DNA from: Cyanophora paradoxa CCMP329 | Lineage: Eukaryota; Plantae; Glaucophyta | Length of the DNA: 64,000 nt | Reading direction: 5' to 3' | Assembly: GCA_004431415.1 (NCBI GenBank) | Contig: QPMI01000085.1 | Span: 124,001-188,000 of the forward strand | Shown here: positions 52,457 through 62,276 of the stretch, piece after piece | Numbering within the stretch: position 1 is the first letter of the stretch | How the letters are laid out: the number at the start of each line of letters is the position of its first letter | Translations under genes and position numbers: made by a program | Notes under the pieces: model-generated | The model's database searches: none | What the model saw: only the letters and a program-made list of their open reading frames with translations | What the model was told of the DNA's origin: nothing

Positions 52457-52744
52457 TTAGAAAAGGTTCCGGACCAGGCCCGAGAGCTGCGGGCCCAGGC
52501 GCCGGGCGGCGTAGTAGAGCGCGGCCGCCGCCGCCGCAAGGATCAGCAGGCGCGGCGGGCCGCGCGCCGGCTCCTCCAGGGTCAGGTCCACGGTCTCCGG
52601 CCCGCGCGCCGGAGCCGCCAGGATCTCGGGCTCGGAGCAGAGGGACTTGGGCCCGCGGCGGCGGCGCTGCTTGGGCGCCGAGGCGGCGGCGGTGAGAAGG
52701 TCCTCAGGCTCCTGCTTGATACCTGCGCAGTCAGCAAAGTCCAT
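52457..52744 (-). CDS. Viral hypothetical protein with C-terminal hydrophobic segment
   Basis: MDFADCAG...LLILAAAAAALYY; TTTTCCAA upstream. Confidence 0.55.
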   Translation of the reverse strand: MDFADCAGIKQEPEDLLTAAASAPKQRRRRGPKSLCSEPEILAAPARGPETVDLTLEEPARGPPRLLILAAAAAALYYAARRLGPQLSGLVRNLF

Positions 52745-52812
52745 GCTTGCTGGGTACCTTGGAAAATTGTGGGAGGCGTCCGGAGTGTGCGAACGTAGCT
52801 CCAATGGGATTT

Positions 52813-53476
52813 GCGTCATTTACGTCCGCGTCATTTACGTCACGGAGTTTGCCGGCGACTCGGGACTCGGGCCCAACTTCTCCCGGTAAGTTCGAGACTT
52901 GAACTCGGCGGGGGTACCCCCCGGTGTCCTAGTGTCCTAGTGTCCTAGTGCTACTAGCTAGGTGGTATCGATATCTAGCTAGCTAGCGCTAGCGCTTGCT
53001 TAATTAATTAACCTGAAGGGTCGCGTCATTTACGTCAGCGTCATTTACGTCACGGAGTTTGCCGGCGACTCGGGACTCGGGCCCAACTTCTCCCGGTAAG
53101 TTCGTCACGACCAGTAGCTACTAGTACCGCTAGTACTACGTAGTACTACTTAGTACTACTTGGTACTACTTAGTACTACTAGCTTAGTACTAGTAGCCAC
53201 CGATACTGGTACAGCTTTTATAGATTTAAGCATTCATTCAATGTGAATAACGATAATAGTAATAATAATAACGATAAGTAATAGGGATACCCTATTTTTC
53301 CAAGTCTCGAACTTACCGGGAGAAGTTGGGCCCGAGTCCCGAGTCGCCGGCAAACTCCGTGACGTAAATGACGCTGACGTAAATGACGCGACCCTTCGGT
53401 AACCTCCGCAACCCTTCAGGTAAATGTCAGGTAACTTCAGTTGAGTTAATTAAGCAAGCGCTAGCTAGCTAGATAT
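52813..53476. repeat. Non-coding block: direct and inverted repeats of about 85 bp with tandem TGACGTAAATGACG boxes around an AT-rich core
   Basis: Copies at 52813-52901 and 53023-53104, inverted copy at 53301-53390; AT-rich 53217-53300; partial copy at 54217-54267. Confidence 0.9.
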
Positions 53477-53904
53477 CACAGCTCTACCTTGCCCAAGTTG
53501 ATGGTATCTAGCAGGGCCTGCTCCTCCAAGTCTGCACCGCCGCCGCCGCCCAGCGCTAGCGCTAGCTCGATACCGCCTCCGGCCTTGATCTCCCTTGGCT
53601 CCAGCCACCTGAGGGGCTCAGGCCACCTCCTCCTGGTGAAGCCGGTATCGTTGCTCTTGTCCAGCTTGAGGTAGCGGTAGGGCGCCGGCGCCGGCCAGTC
53701 CGGCCTGTGGCCGCTTGCCTCCTTGGCTATGTCCTTGGGCCTACGCGGTCGCAGGTCCGCCTTGGCCTTCGCCCTCTGCAAGGGGCCCAGCGCCTTGAAC
53801 TTCGGTGCCTTGGTCGCCGGCAGGGCCTTGGGCTGGGGCTTCTGGGGCTTTTGCGTCTTCACCGCCTTGGGCTTCTGCGTCCTTGGCTGCTTCGATTTCG
53901 GCAT
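53476..53904 (-). CDS. Lys/Pro-rich basic viral protein
   Basis: MPKSKQPRTQKPKAVK...; TTTTCTCA upstream; C-terminus uncertain. Confidence 0.55.
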   Translation of the reverse strand: MPKSKQPRTQKPKAVKTQKPQKPQPKALPATKAPKFKALGPLQRAKAKADLRPRRPKDIAKEASGHRPDWPAPAPYRYLKLDKSNDTGFTRRRWPEPLRWLEPREIKAGGGIELALALGGGGGADLEEQALLDTINLGKVEL

Positions 53905-54142
53905 ACTTCTTGCTCATAAATGAGAAAAGCGCCTCAAAGTCTGCCTTTATCTGCTCCTTGGTCCAGGATGTCATCTGATCCGGGTCACCTGAGAACGGCG
54001 CATCGAACGCCACGTGGAGCGATTTGCAGGCCTGGGCAATCATTGGCTCGGGCCATGCCAGCTCGATCAGCTGAAGGTAGATGTTGAGGGCCTTGTCGAG
54101 CTTGGCGCCCTGGGAGACCAGCTGGGAGATGGCGGGCTCCAT
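53741..54142 (-). CDS. Viral hypothetical protein with acidic tail, overlapping the next ORF
   Basis: ATG at 54142 after TTTTCTGA; 133 aa. Confidence 0.6.
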   Translation of the reverse strand: MEPAISQLVSQGAKLDKALNIYLQLIELAWPEPMIAQACKSLHVAFDAPFSGDPDQMTSWTKEQIKADFEALFSFMSKKYAEIEAAKDAEAQGGEDAKAPEAPAQGPAGDQGTEVQGAGPLAEGEGQGGPATA

Positions 54143-54402
54143 GGTGGGTAGACTAGCATCAGAAAATGGCGCCAAGTTTGAATCTATTTTTTTACTACTT
54201 GGCGAGGGCTGGGCCCGGGACTCGGGCCCAAACTCCGTGACGTAAATGACGCTGACGTAAATGACGCCGAATTTTCAAGTTGCCCTCACATGAACCTCAG
54301 CTGAGCGCTCACCTGACCCTCACCTGAACGGCCTCTATAAGCACGCGGCACGCGGCGTTCCCCTCACACTCTCAATCTCTCTCAACGCAACCAGCAAGCA
54401 CC

Positions 54403-54876
54403 ATGGCCCTTGTTGCCCAGTTCTTCGTCGAGGAATACACCGTGCGCGTGATCGGCGAGCCCATTGACCGCGAGGTGGAAGTTCTCAAGGACGGCAAAGT
54501 AGACGACTGCAAAGACTGCCCCGGTAAGATCCTCCTCATGAAGCTCTCCGACGATGGCTTCTCCTTCACCCTGGTCTCCTGCGCCAAGACCCAAACCGGG
54601 CAGACGGCCTACATCGTGACCTTCTCCGCGGGGCGCCTGAACTGCACGCATGTTCAAGTACCCGAGTGGGCCTCGTTCTGTGCGGCGATCTCTCCCTCAG
54701 GCCGCTCCCTCGCCTACACATTCTTTGAGGGGTATCAGTGCAACATCTGGGTCTTGCGGAGGCAGATGGGCTCCCTCCAGATGAAGGTCGATCAGCTGCA
54801 CCAGCAGTGCGGCTACCCCTTTAGCCTTGACGATAGGATGATTTCCTTTGATCTTGATGGCTCTGTATCCCTCTGA
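54403..54876 (+). CDS. Viral hypothetical protein (beta-rich)
   Basis: 157 aa; upstream CACCTGA/TATAAG/CCTCACACT. Confidence 0.7.
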   Translation: MALVAQFFVEEYTVRVIGEPIDREVEVLKDGKVDDCKDCPGKILLMKLSDDGFSFTLVSCAKTQTGQTAYIVTFSAGRLNCTHVQVPEWASFCAAISPSGRSLAYTFFEGYQCNIWVLRRQMGSLQMKVDQLHQQCGYPFSLDDRMISFDLDGSVSL

Positions 54877-54984
54877 AATTGAACGCGTGTTTTCTGACTT
54901 CGTCTGAAGCTCACCTGACGCGGGGCCTTAAGAGGGGGCACGGGGCCTCGGTTCCTCACACTTTAACCGTAAGCCAACGAGAGA

Positions 54985-55266
54985 ATGTGCGCCCCCAAGT
55001 ACTTCACCTGCTGCCTGACCTTCGGCATCTTCGAGTACGAGGCCATGGAAGAGAATCTGGACGAGAACGGCGAGATCTGCTTCAACTACTGCAGGCTGCT
55101 TCGCAACATCTCGCTGGAGTGCCGCAAGGGCGACTGCTTCCAGCACATCATGCTCAATCCCGCCAAGAACGAGATCACGCTGTACGCCGTCGCCTGCCCC
55201 AGCGCCAGATTTAGACTCTCGAATATTCGCGTAGCCGCGATCGAAGCCCTTCCCCCCCCCCAGTGA
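54985..55266 (+). CDS. Small Cys-rich viral protein
   Basis: 93 aa; same promoter layout as 54403. Confidence 0.65.
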   Translation: MCAPKYFTCCLTFGIFEYEAMEENLDENGEICFNYCRLLRNISLECRKGDCFQHIMLNPAKNEITLYAVACPSARFRLSNIRVAAIEALPPPQ

Positions 55267-55380
55267 GACAAATTGAACACGTGTTTTACCTGAATCACCT
55301 GAGCGCTCAGCTGAAGTCAGGTGGGGCGCCCTTTAAATATTTTCTAGCGCTAGGCTGATCGCACACTAAGCTCAGACAAC

Positions 55381-56163
55381 ATGGCCACCGTCCGCAACGC
55401 CAACGAGATCGACCCCGCCAAGCTCGCCTTCGAGATCGACGCCACCGGCCGCATCAAGGCCAAGTACGACGGCCTGCAGGGCCTCATGATGTACGCGCCG
55501 CCCATGGTCACCATCAACCCCTGCATCAACACCGAGCAAGGCAAGGCTTGGAGCGACGAGAAGAAGGCCTTCGTCATGGAAGAAAACGGCGGATTCTACA
55601 CGCTGGACCTCACCGATCTCAGCGCCGTCGACGGCCAGACGAACCCCGCCGCGGACGAGTTCCTCAAGCTGCTCGAGGCCCTGGACGCGAAATTCTGCGA
55701 GTTCGTGCAGCAGAACCAGGCCAAGCTCAAGGTCTCGCCCGGCCGCGCCCTCTCCAAGGACCAGATCTCGGTGCTGCAGACGCCCAGCGTGCGCATCAAG
55801 GTCGACAAGGAGTCGGGCCAGGCCTTCTACAAGTACCTCAACATGCGCATCCGCACCCAAACGATGGCGGGCAAGCGCAAGACCATCCCCGTCGTCGACA
55901 TGTCCAACTACCTCATCACCGAGCGCGCCACCATCGGCACCGGCGACCTGGTGGCCGCCCTCGTTAAAATCGACACCGCCTACGCCATCCCCGAGGGCAA
56001 GTTCGGCCTCAAGTGGTCCTTCCTCGCCGTGCAGCAGTGCAAGGTTGGCGCCTTTCGCTTCGCAGGCCGCACGCCCGAGCTGGCCTTCAGGCCCTACGAC
56101 AACGAGGCCAGCTTCGAGCCCTACCTAAACCCCGAGTCTATGTACACCGCCCCCATGCAGTAG
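55381..56163 (+). CDS. Probable OB-fold single-stranded DNA-binding protein (NCLDV / T7 gp2.5-like)
   Basis: YTLDL...FLKLLEALD...VAALVKIDTAY...GKFGLKWSFLAVQ pattern; strong GC3 bias. Confidence 0.6.
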   Translation: MATVRNANEIDPAKLAFEIDATGRIKAKYDGLQGLMMYAPPMVTINPCINTEQGKAWSDEKKAFVMEENGGFYTLDLTDLSAVDGQTNPAADEFLKLLEALDAKFCEFVQQNQAKLKVSPGRALSKDQISVLQTPSVRIKVDKESGQAFYKYLNMRIRTQTMAGKRKTIPVVDMSNYLITERATIGTGDLVAALVKIDTAYAIPEGKFGLKWSFLAVQQCKVGAFRFAGRTPELAFRPYDNEASFEPYLNPESMYTAPMQ

Positions 56164-56215
56164 CTCGGACGAATAAATTGTGAATTTTTGGTGCAATTGA
56201 TACACGCGTTTACAT

Positions 56216-57019
56216 TCAGAGGCCGTTGAACTTGCCGCCCACCGCCTTGGGCTCCGCCGCCGTCGAGGCCGCCGCCTCCGTCACCTCCTTCATCATCTCC
56301 GGGTTCGCGTTGGCCGCGTGCACCGCCAGCACCGTCTGCACCAGGGCCATCCCCAGGCGCGCCTCGGGCCCCAGGGTCACGTAGCGCGAGTACTTGATCA
56401 CCAGCTCCTCCAGGATCGGCTGCACCTGGTCCATCGAAGAGAGCGTCGCCTGCCCGAGCCCGTCGAGCTTCAGGCCGATCGGATCGTACGCCTTGTTCAG
56501 GTGCTCCAGCGAGTGCATGCCCGCGATCAGAAAGAGGCGCGCCGCCTCCAGCGAACCCCGCGTGCTCAGCTCGCGCTGAATCTCCTCGTACTCTTCCTTC
56601 AGCTCGTCCAGCGGCGTCGCCAGGCTCAGCTTCTTCGTGGACGTAAGCTCGCCCCCGAACGAGCGCCGGTACTGCGCGATCTGCCGCAGAACCTGCTTCT
56701 TCTCGTCCACGTCCACCTGCGCCTCGTCCCGCGGCCGCTCCTGCAGGTCGATTCCCAGCGCCTTTTTCACGCTCTGCTCCTTCTTCTTCGTCATTTCGAT
56801 GTGCTCCTGCACGCTGAAGCTCGCGCCCTTGCTCGGCGCCGTCGGCGGCACCGCGGGCCCGTCGCCCGGCAGCGCCATCCTGTCGGCCTTCGGCGCCTTC
56901 TCCCCCTTTTCCTTGCCCTCCTTCGCGGGGCGGCCCTTCTTCCGGGGCTGCGGGATTCCCACGGGGTTCGGCCCGTCCACGGCCAGCGCCTCGAAGCCAA
57001 GCATCGCCGAGGGGTCCAT
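56216..57019 (-). CDS. Conserved nucleocytovirus protein (DUF5767-like)
   Basis: LDELKEEYE...LEHLNKAYDPIGLKLDG...ILEELVIKY...PEARL motif, recalled from phycodnavirus/mimivirus proteins. Confidence 0.65.
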   Translation of the reverse strand: MDPSAMLGFEALAVDGPNPVGIPQPRKKGRPAKEGKEKGEKAPKADRMALPGDGPAVPPTAPSKGASFSVQEHIEMTKKKEQSVKKALGIDLQERPRDEAQVDVDEKKQVLRQIAQYRRSFGGELTSTKKLSLATPLDELKEEYEEIQRELSTRGSLEAARLFLIAGMHSLEHLNKAYDPIGLKLDGLGQATLSSMDQVQPILEELVIKYSRYVTLGPEARLGMALVQTVLAVHAANANPEMMKEVTEAAASTAAEPKAVGGKFNGL

Positions 57020-57048
57020 CCTTTACGCCTGCCCCTTAGAAATATTTT

Positions 57049-57378
57049 TCACTCCGAGGTCAGCTCGACGAAGAGCTCGATGTAAAGCCAGAGCTTTTCG
57101 CGCAGCTCGGGCCCGCTGCCGTAGAATAGCGAGCGCACGGCCGAGGCGTACTCCTGCGGCAGCCTCTCGAAAACCGAGTCGTCCTTCGCCTTGATCAATT
57201 CCGCCTCCGCGTTGATGTGCCTCCTGAACAGAACGATGACCGCCGTGGCCCCGATGCCGCGCAGCGACTGGATCTGCGCCCGCACCCCGGGCTCCTTGGC
57301 CTCCGGCTCCAGCAGGTCGAGGAAGCGGCCCCAGCGCGCCTCGATCTGCTCGCCCAGCGTCGCCTCCGTCGCTGCCAT
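57049..57378 (-). CDS. Viral hypothetical helical protein
   Basis: 109 aa ending EKLWLYIELFVEL; upstream motif. Confidence 0.7.
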   Translation of the reverse strand: MAATEATLGEQIEARWGRFLDLLEPEAKEPGVRAQIQSLRGIGATAVIVLFRRHINAEAELIKAKDDSVFERLPQEYASAVRSLFYGSGPELREKLWLYIELFVELTSE

Positions 57379-57400
57379 GTGCTCGCGTGGGCCTCAGAAA

Positions 57401-58524
57401 TTACTGACCGGGTCGGAGGGCCCGGGCTGCTAGGTCGTACATCTCCGCCTTCCGGGCGTTCGTTTCCGCGAGCATGGTAATCTGACTGTTCTCCGTGTTC
57501 CGGACGAGGGCCTGGAAGGCTGTCTGAATTGCAGTCTGCGATGCTTCGGACATACCGGCCACCGTCCCCTTGCACGGAGCGCTTCCATGCGCCCTTTCTC
57601 GAACGGCGTGGCAAGCTGGTTGCTCTGCAGCGCAGGGAGCGGGTTGACGACGCGGGGCAGCAGGTTCTGGTCCGCGTAAGGCGTGGCCGTGGGCAGGGCC
57701 GGGCCGCGCGTCCCCGGCTGATCGAGGAGCATCGCCCCGAACGGATTGCCCCGGCTGAAGTCCACGTCGTTGCGGCCGTAGGGCTTGTTGACGGCGCTGC
57801 TGATGTTGGCCGTCTGCGCGTTGAACATGGGCGATAGATCGGGGGTGTAGCCCGCGCGCAGCCCCTGGGGGTTCGCCTCCGTCTGCCCGTAGCGGCCGGC
57901 CGGCCCGAGCAGGTTCTCCTTCTCGATCTCTTCCATCGTCTTGATCCAGCCGCGCTCGCGCGCCCACTTCATGACGAGATCGTCGTAGTTCATCGGGAAG
58001 AAAACCTTCTGATACTTGTCGAAGCGCTGAATTTCGATATCCTGCTCGATCATGTTCGTAATTCGCTCCAGCAGCTCGGGGTAATATTCCTCGAGCATTT
58101 TGGCGACGCCCGGCTGCTTCAGGTCGAAGGCCGTCATCGCCCACTGGTCGAAATCGCGAATCATGATTTCCTTCCGCAGGCTGAACGCGTTCTCCACGTC
58201 CTCCTCGTTGATCGTGCGACCGGGGTTCGCGTTCTGCAGCTGCTGTCGGATGCCCATGCGCATCAGCTTCTCCATCGAGGGCGTGTACTTCATCGCGGGC
58301 AGGGTCTTCGTTTCCCCCCCGCTGAGCCCCAGGCCCCGCGCCTTATCCTCGGGCGTGTAGATGTCCGCCTTCGTCCCATCTACGACGGGCACCTCGGGCA
58401 TAATCGTGCCCGGAAGGTACTTGTTCACGATGCCGTCCATGTCGGCCTTCAGGTCGTTCTTCAGCGACTGGCGCTGCTTCTTAGAGCCCTCCCCAATGTC
58501 CATCATAGAGTGGCCCTTCGTCAT
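57401..58524 (-). CDS. Viral hypothetical (possible virion core) protein; probable 1-nt frameshift near 57580
   Basis: ORF 57430-58524 plus an alternative-frame tail (MSEASQTAIQTAF...) ending at 57401. Confidence 0.7.
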
Positions 58525-58603
58525 CGTGCCTCGGTTAGGATCCCAGTGGGAAAATTTATTGGTTCACATCGGCCTACCAAGCACACCCTGGCTAACAAGC
58601 ACT

Positions 58604-59977
58604 CTAGTGGAAGCGGCGGTAGGCGCCGCCGTTGGTGAAGGTGATCTCGTTGTAGTAGCGGCAGTAGATGTCGGCCACGGGCTTGGCCTCCGACGTGTAG
58701 GTCTTGAGCGTGGTGAGCGTGAGCTCGATGGTCTTGAAGGCGCCCATGTCGAGGCCGCCGAACATCTTGGTGTTGTCGGCCACGTCCGTGCCGAAGGGGA
58801 GCGAGTAGATGAACTCCGTCCCGAACTGGCCCACGTTGCGGGGCTGGATGTCGCTGCTGTGCCCGTCGTGGGTCGCGAGGGTCGTGGGGGGCGTGTCGTT
58901 GCCCGACCACGGGTGCGGGTGCAGCGCGTCGGCCACGTCGGCCGCCGCCGTCCCGTCCATCGAGGTCACGCCCCGCAGCAGCTCGAGGTGCTTGCGCGCG
59001 GGGGCGTGCGTGTGCTCCTTGTGCGCGATGGCCGTGCGCAAAAAGTGCGCGTCGTGGTTCGAGCTGTCGAGCACCTTGATGTTGTCGCACTTCAGCTCGA
59101 TCTTGTCGAGCGGGCGGAAGCGCCAGAAGTGCTCGCCGTTGTCGGTGTGCGGCTTGTCGCGCACCACGATGATCAGCTCGTAGCAGATTCCGGTGAACGG
59201 CAGGCGGATGGCCTTGCCCGACTCGAACGAGACGTGGTAGTGCTGCACGTACTTGCCGGCCCACGTGAACGAGTTCGGGTGCAGCGCCAGCTCGCGCGAG
59301 TCGATGTGCACGTAGCGCAGGATGAGCTTGGTGTCCAGGCTGACGGTGCTCGTCAGGTTGGTGTTGGTGTGCAGGCCGCCGTCCACGTACGAGGCCGTGA
59401 TCTCCTTCTGCGAGGCGTAGGTGATCTGCAGCTTCATGTCGTTTCCGGAGCAGCGGAGCTTGTGGAGCGGCACGGCGAACTTTCGACCGTGGCCCGTCGC
59501 GATGCGAATCGGTATGTACAGCGTGTTCGGGGCCTTGCCCCGGCGGCGCAGCGGCTGGTGCGCCCAGAGGTTGTTCACCATGTCGACGTGCTGGACGACG
59601 GACTTGTCGTCCTCGAACTCGCCGTAGATGGCGTCGTGGTGGCCGTTGTACTCGTGGATCAGCTGTGCGCCCACGAAGATCTTCACCGTCTTGAGCAGCA
59701 CGTAGCCGGCCTTCGGGATGTAGAAGTGGTCCGCGTTCGTCAGCGCCGGCAGCGTCACCTTGAGCCAGGAGTCGTTGAACATCGGCGCCGAGTGCGGGAT
59801 GACGATGTCGACGGTCTGGCTGAAGCTCACGCCCGACTGCACGGGGCTCACCTCGAGCACCTCGTCCACGAACGGCATCGCCGTGTCAAAGGTCTCGTGC
59901 ACGTGCACCGACGCGTCGGAGCTGCGCAGCGAGTGGTGCAGGGCGGTCGTGGGGGTGGAGATGAGCGCGGAAGCCAT
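58604..59977 (-). CDS. Double-jelly-roll major capsid protein, NCLDV-type
   Basis: FSQTVDIVIP...WLKVTLPAL...GYVLLKTVKIFVGAQLIHEYNG...LYIPI...VPL...F.GICYELIIVVR...IYSLPFG...YNEITFTNG; colinear with the phycodnavirus/iridovirus MCP pattern. Confidence 0.88.
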   Translation of the reverse strand: MASALISTPTTALHHSLRSSDASVHVHETFDTAMPFVDEVLEVSPVQSGVSFSQTVDIVIPHSAPMFNDSWLKVTLPALTNADHFYIPKAGYVLLKTVKIFVGAQLIHEYNGHHDAIYGEFEDDKSVVQHVDMVNNLWAHQPLRRRGKAPNTLYIPIRIATGHGRKFAVPLHKLRCSGNDMKLQITYASQKEITASYVDGGLHTNTNLTSTVSLDTKLILRYVHIDSRELALHPNSFTWAGKYVQHYHVSFESGKAIRLPFTGICYELIIVVRDKPHTDNGEHFWRFRPLDKIELKCDNIKVLDSSNHDAHFLRTAIAHKEHTHAPARKHLELLRGVTSMDGTAAADVADALHPHPWSGNDTPPTTLATHDGHSSDIQPRNVGQFGTEFIYSLPFGTDVADNTKMFGGLDMGAFKTIELTLTTLKTYTSEAKPVADIYCRYYNEITFTNGGAYRRFH

Positions 59978-60019
59978 GGTGGTTTAGGGGTGCGTTGAGA
60001 AAATTTTTTGGGTGGACGC

Positions 60020-61992
60020 CTACGTTATTAGAGAGCGCGCCCCCCGTCTCGCTAGGTCCGCGTCGTACGCCTTCTTGCGGAGTGCGTCCGTGATCGCAGA
60101 CCAGTCGCGTGTGCCGTTAAGATAACCCAGGGCAAGTCCTTGGCCCAACATGAAGTAACGCTCTGGATCCAAGTTCATGAGTTGCTGGGCCCGCTCCTCT
60201 ACGCGCCGCACACGCTCCATAAAGGGGCCCTTTGCCGCAGATCCGAGCGGGTCCGCTTCTCGCTCAGCTTCGAAGAATTTCACGACATCCCCGCCCAGGT
60301 CCGAAATATCACGGTGCTGCTCTGCTATCCGTGCCTGTGCCTTGTTGACTCCAGCTGCCTGGGCATGGGCTATCGATGCCAGTTGGTTGTAATCGATTTC
60401 TTCTGCAAGGTATTTCGCAACGGCGGCGTCCCCTGCAGCGCGCGCGATTTCGGGCGATACGCTCACAAGGAATCCCTCCCGGCGAGCCCGATTGGCCGCG
60501 CGCTCCGCTTCCGTCTCCTCGTCCATGGGATCGTCTGGACTGGCTGGATTGCCTGGAGCACCGGAGCGAAGTTTCTTCAGCAGCCCCGCACGGCGAGCTT
60601 CTGTCGCCTCTTTCACCTTCTTGGCGGCCAGTTCAAGCGCATCGTTTACGTCCATGGTCGCATACCCGGGTCTCCGCCCCATATCCTTGTACGCGGCCCT
60701 GCGCTTGTCCATGGCTTCCTTCTCGTGCGGGGACGAGGGGGCGATTTCTATCCCCGCGTTTGCGAGTTGAGCCTGGACGGCGACGGGCACCTGCTCGAGC
60801 ACGGCCCTTGCCGCCGCAACAGCCACCGCCTCGGCCGCCACCACCTCTGGCGGGCGCGAGGGCCCCGCCTGCGGCTCGGGTGGCGGCGGGGGCGGCGGTG
60901 GGGGTGGAGGCGGGGGCTGCTGCTCCGCTGGGGGTGCGGACGGCCTGGCCACCGTGTCCGGGGCTGCGAGGGGCCGGGCTGCGGCGCCAGCGGGGGCGTC
61001 TTCGGCCCGGGCGGCGCTGGCGGCGCTGGCGGCGCTGGTGGCCCCGGCGGCGGCGGAGCCCCCCCTTCGTCGTCGGACTCGATCATTTCGTCCCTGGGTT
61101 CCTTGGACGGTAGGGCCTTCTGAATGAGGGCCTCGCGCGCGCCCTTGCCCGCCTTGATTGCTCTGCCCATGGCCGCCTCCGGGAAACTGGCCTCGATGGC
61201 CTCGTTGTCCCCGTCCGTGATGCGCACCTTCTGCTCGCGGCGGGCCTTGATGTACTTTTCCTTGTCCATCCGCTTCTTCGCCCGTCGCCTCTCCCTGGGC
61301 ACGTCGCGCTGGCGGCTCTCGTCCGGCCCCGGCCCCTCGCTGTCCGAGCTCGAGGGCGGCTCGGCCTGGGCGAAGGGCTGGCGCGTGTTGCGGTTCGCGT
61401 AGTCGGGGTCGTACCTCCCGCCGATCAGCTCCTCGGGCTTCTTGTTCTCGCGCGCGTAGATGCTCGTGGGCTTGAACTCCTCGCCGTTGATGATGTACTT
61501 GTAGTAGTAGTACGCGTCCTCGAGGTTCATCGGCCCCAGCGTCTCGAGGCGCTTCTTGCGCTTCAGGAATTCGGTGATCTGATCCTCCTTCGACTTGCAG
61601 AACTCCCGCACGCCCGGCAGCACCGTCAGGTTCTTGCCGTCCACGTCGCAGGCGCCCGCCCCCTTGGCCTTCAGGTTCGCGGTGAAGGCCGACTGGCCCA
61701 TCAGCCAGGCGCGGAAGCCCTCCTCGTACTCCTCGTCGAGGCTCGACTCCATCTGCTGGAACTTGTTGATGTAGTACGCGTTGGCGATGGCCTGCGCCTC
61801 CACCTCGGCGAGCTTGTCCGATTGATCGCGCTCCTCGAACCGAATTTCCGGCGTGGCCCTCGCCAGCGCCGTCTTCATCAGCTGCTGAAAGTGTGCGTAC
61901 TTGTCGCTCTCGAAGGGCGTGATGTGCGAGTCCCCGCCCCCCGGGATCGCGAGCACGTTGCGCGGCGCGAAACGCGAGGCGAGCCCCCTCAT
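60020..61992 (-). CDS. Large viral protein with poly-Pro linker; ORFs 60748-61992 and 60020-60952 joined by a 1-nt frameshift
   Basis: One extra C in the C-run near 60960 gives ...SQPPDTVARPSAPP...; about 657 aa. Confidence 0.7.
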
Positions 61993-62267
61993 TTGCACTT
62001 CTTAGGAGCCGGCTTTGAAATTTTATCGGTCTTGGCCTTGTCTTCCTTCCCGTCCTTCTTCTCGGCCCCCTTCTTCCCCTGCTTCGTCGGGCGCATCGCC
62101 ACGAATATTTCGCCGGGCGAGACGTCCTCGTACAGCGGCTTCGGTCCCTTAGGAAATTCGGGCGGCCCCTTCAGCTTCTCCTTCGCCTCCTTCACCTCGG
62201 CCTTGGTGGGCCGCTCCTGCCCGTTCGTGGGCGCCTTTTTCGCGGGCTTCTTCTGCGCCTCCGGCAT
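61989..62267 (-). CDS. Lys-rich basic protein (possibly DNA-condensing)
   Basis: 92 aa, very Lys-rich; stop overlaps the next start (ATGA). Confidence 0.7.
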   Translation of the reverse strand: MPEAQKKPAKKAPTNGQERPTKAEVKEAKEKLKGPPEFPKGPKPLYEDVSPGEIFVAMRPTKQGKKGAEKKDGKEDKAKTDKISKPAPKKCK

Positions 62268-62276
62268 GTTTACCCA

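Noticed and set aside
58361-59998. 545-aa ORF on + strand
   Set aside because: Antisense shadow of the GC3-rich capsid gene.
44078-61992. Programmed frameshifting or pseudogenisation at about 44572, 46480, 57580 and 60960
   Set aside because: Three are fixed by one extra C in a C-run, and the palindrome arms and host genes show the same indels; most likely consensus errors, pending polishing.
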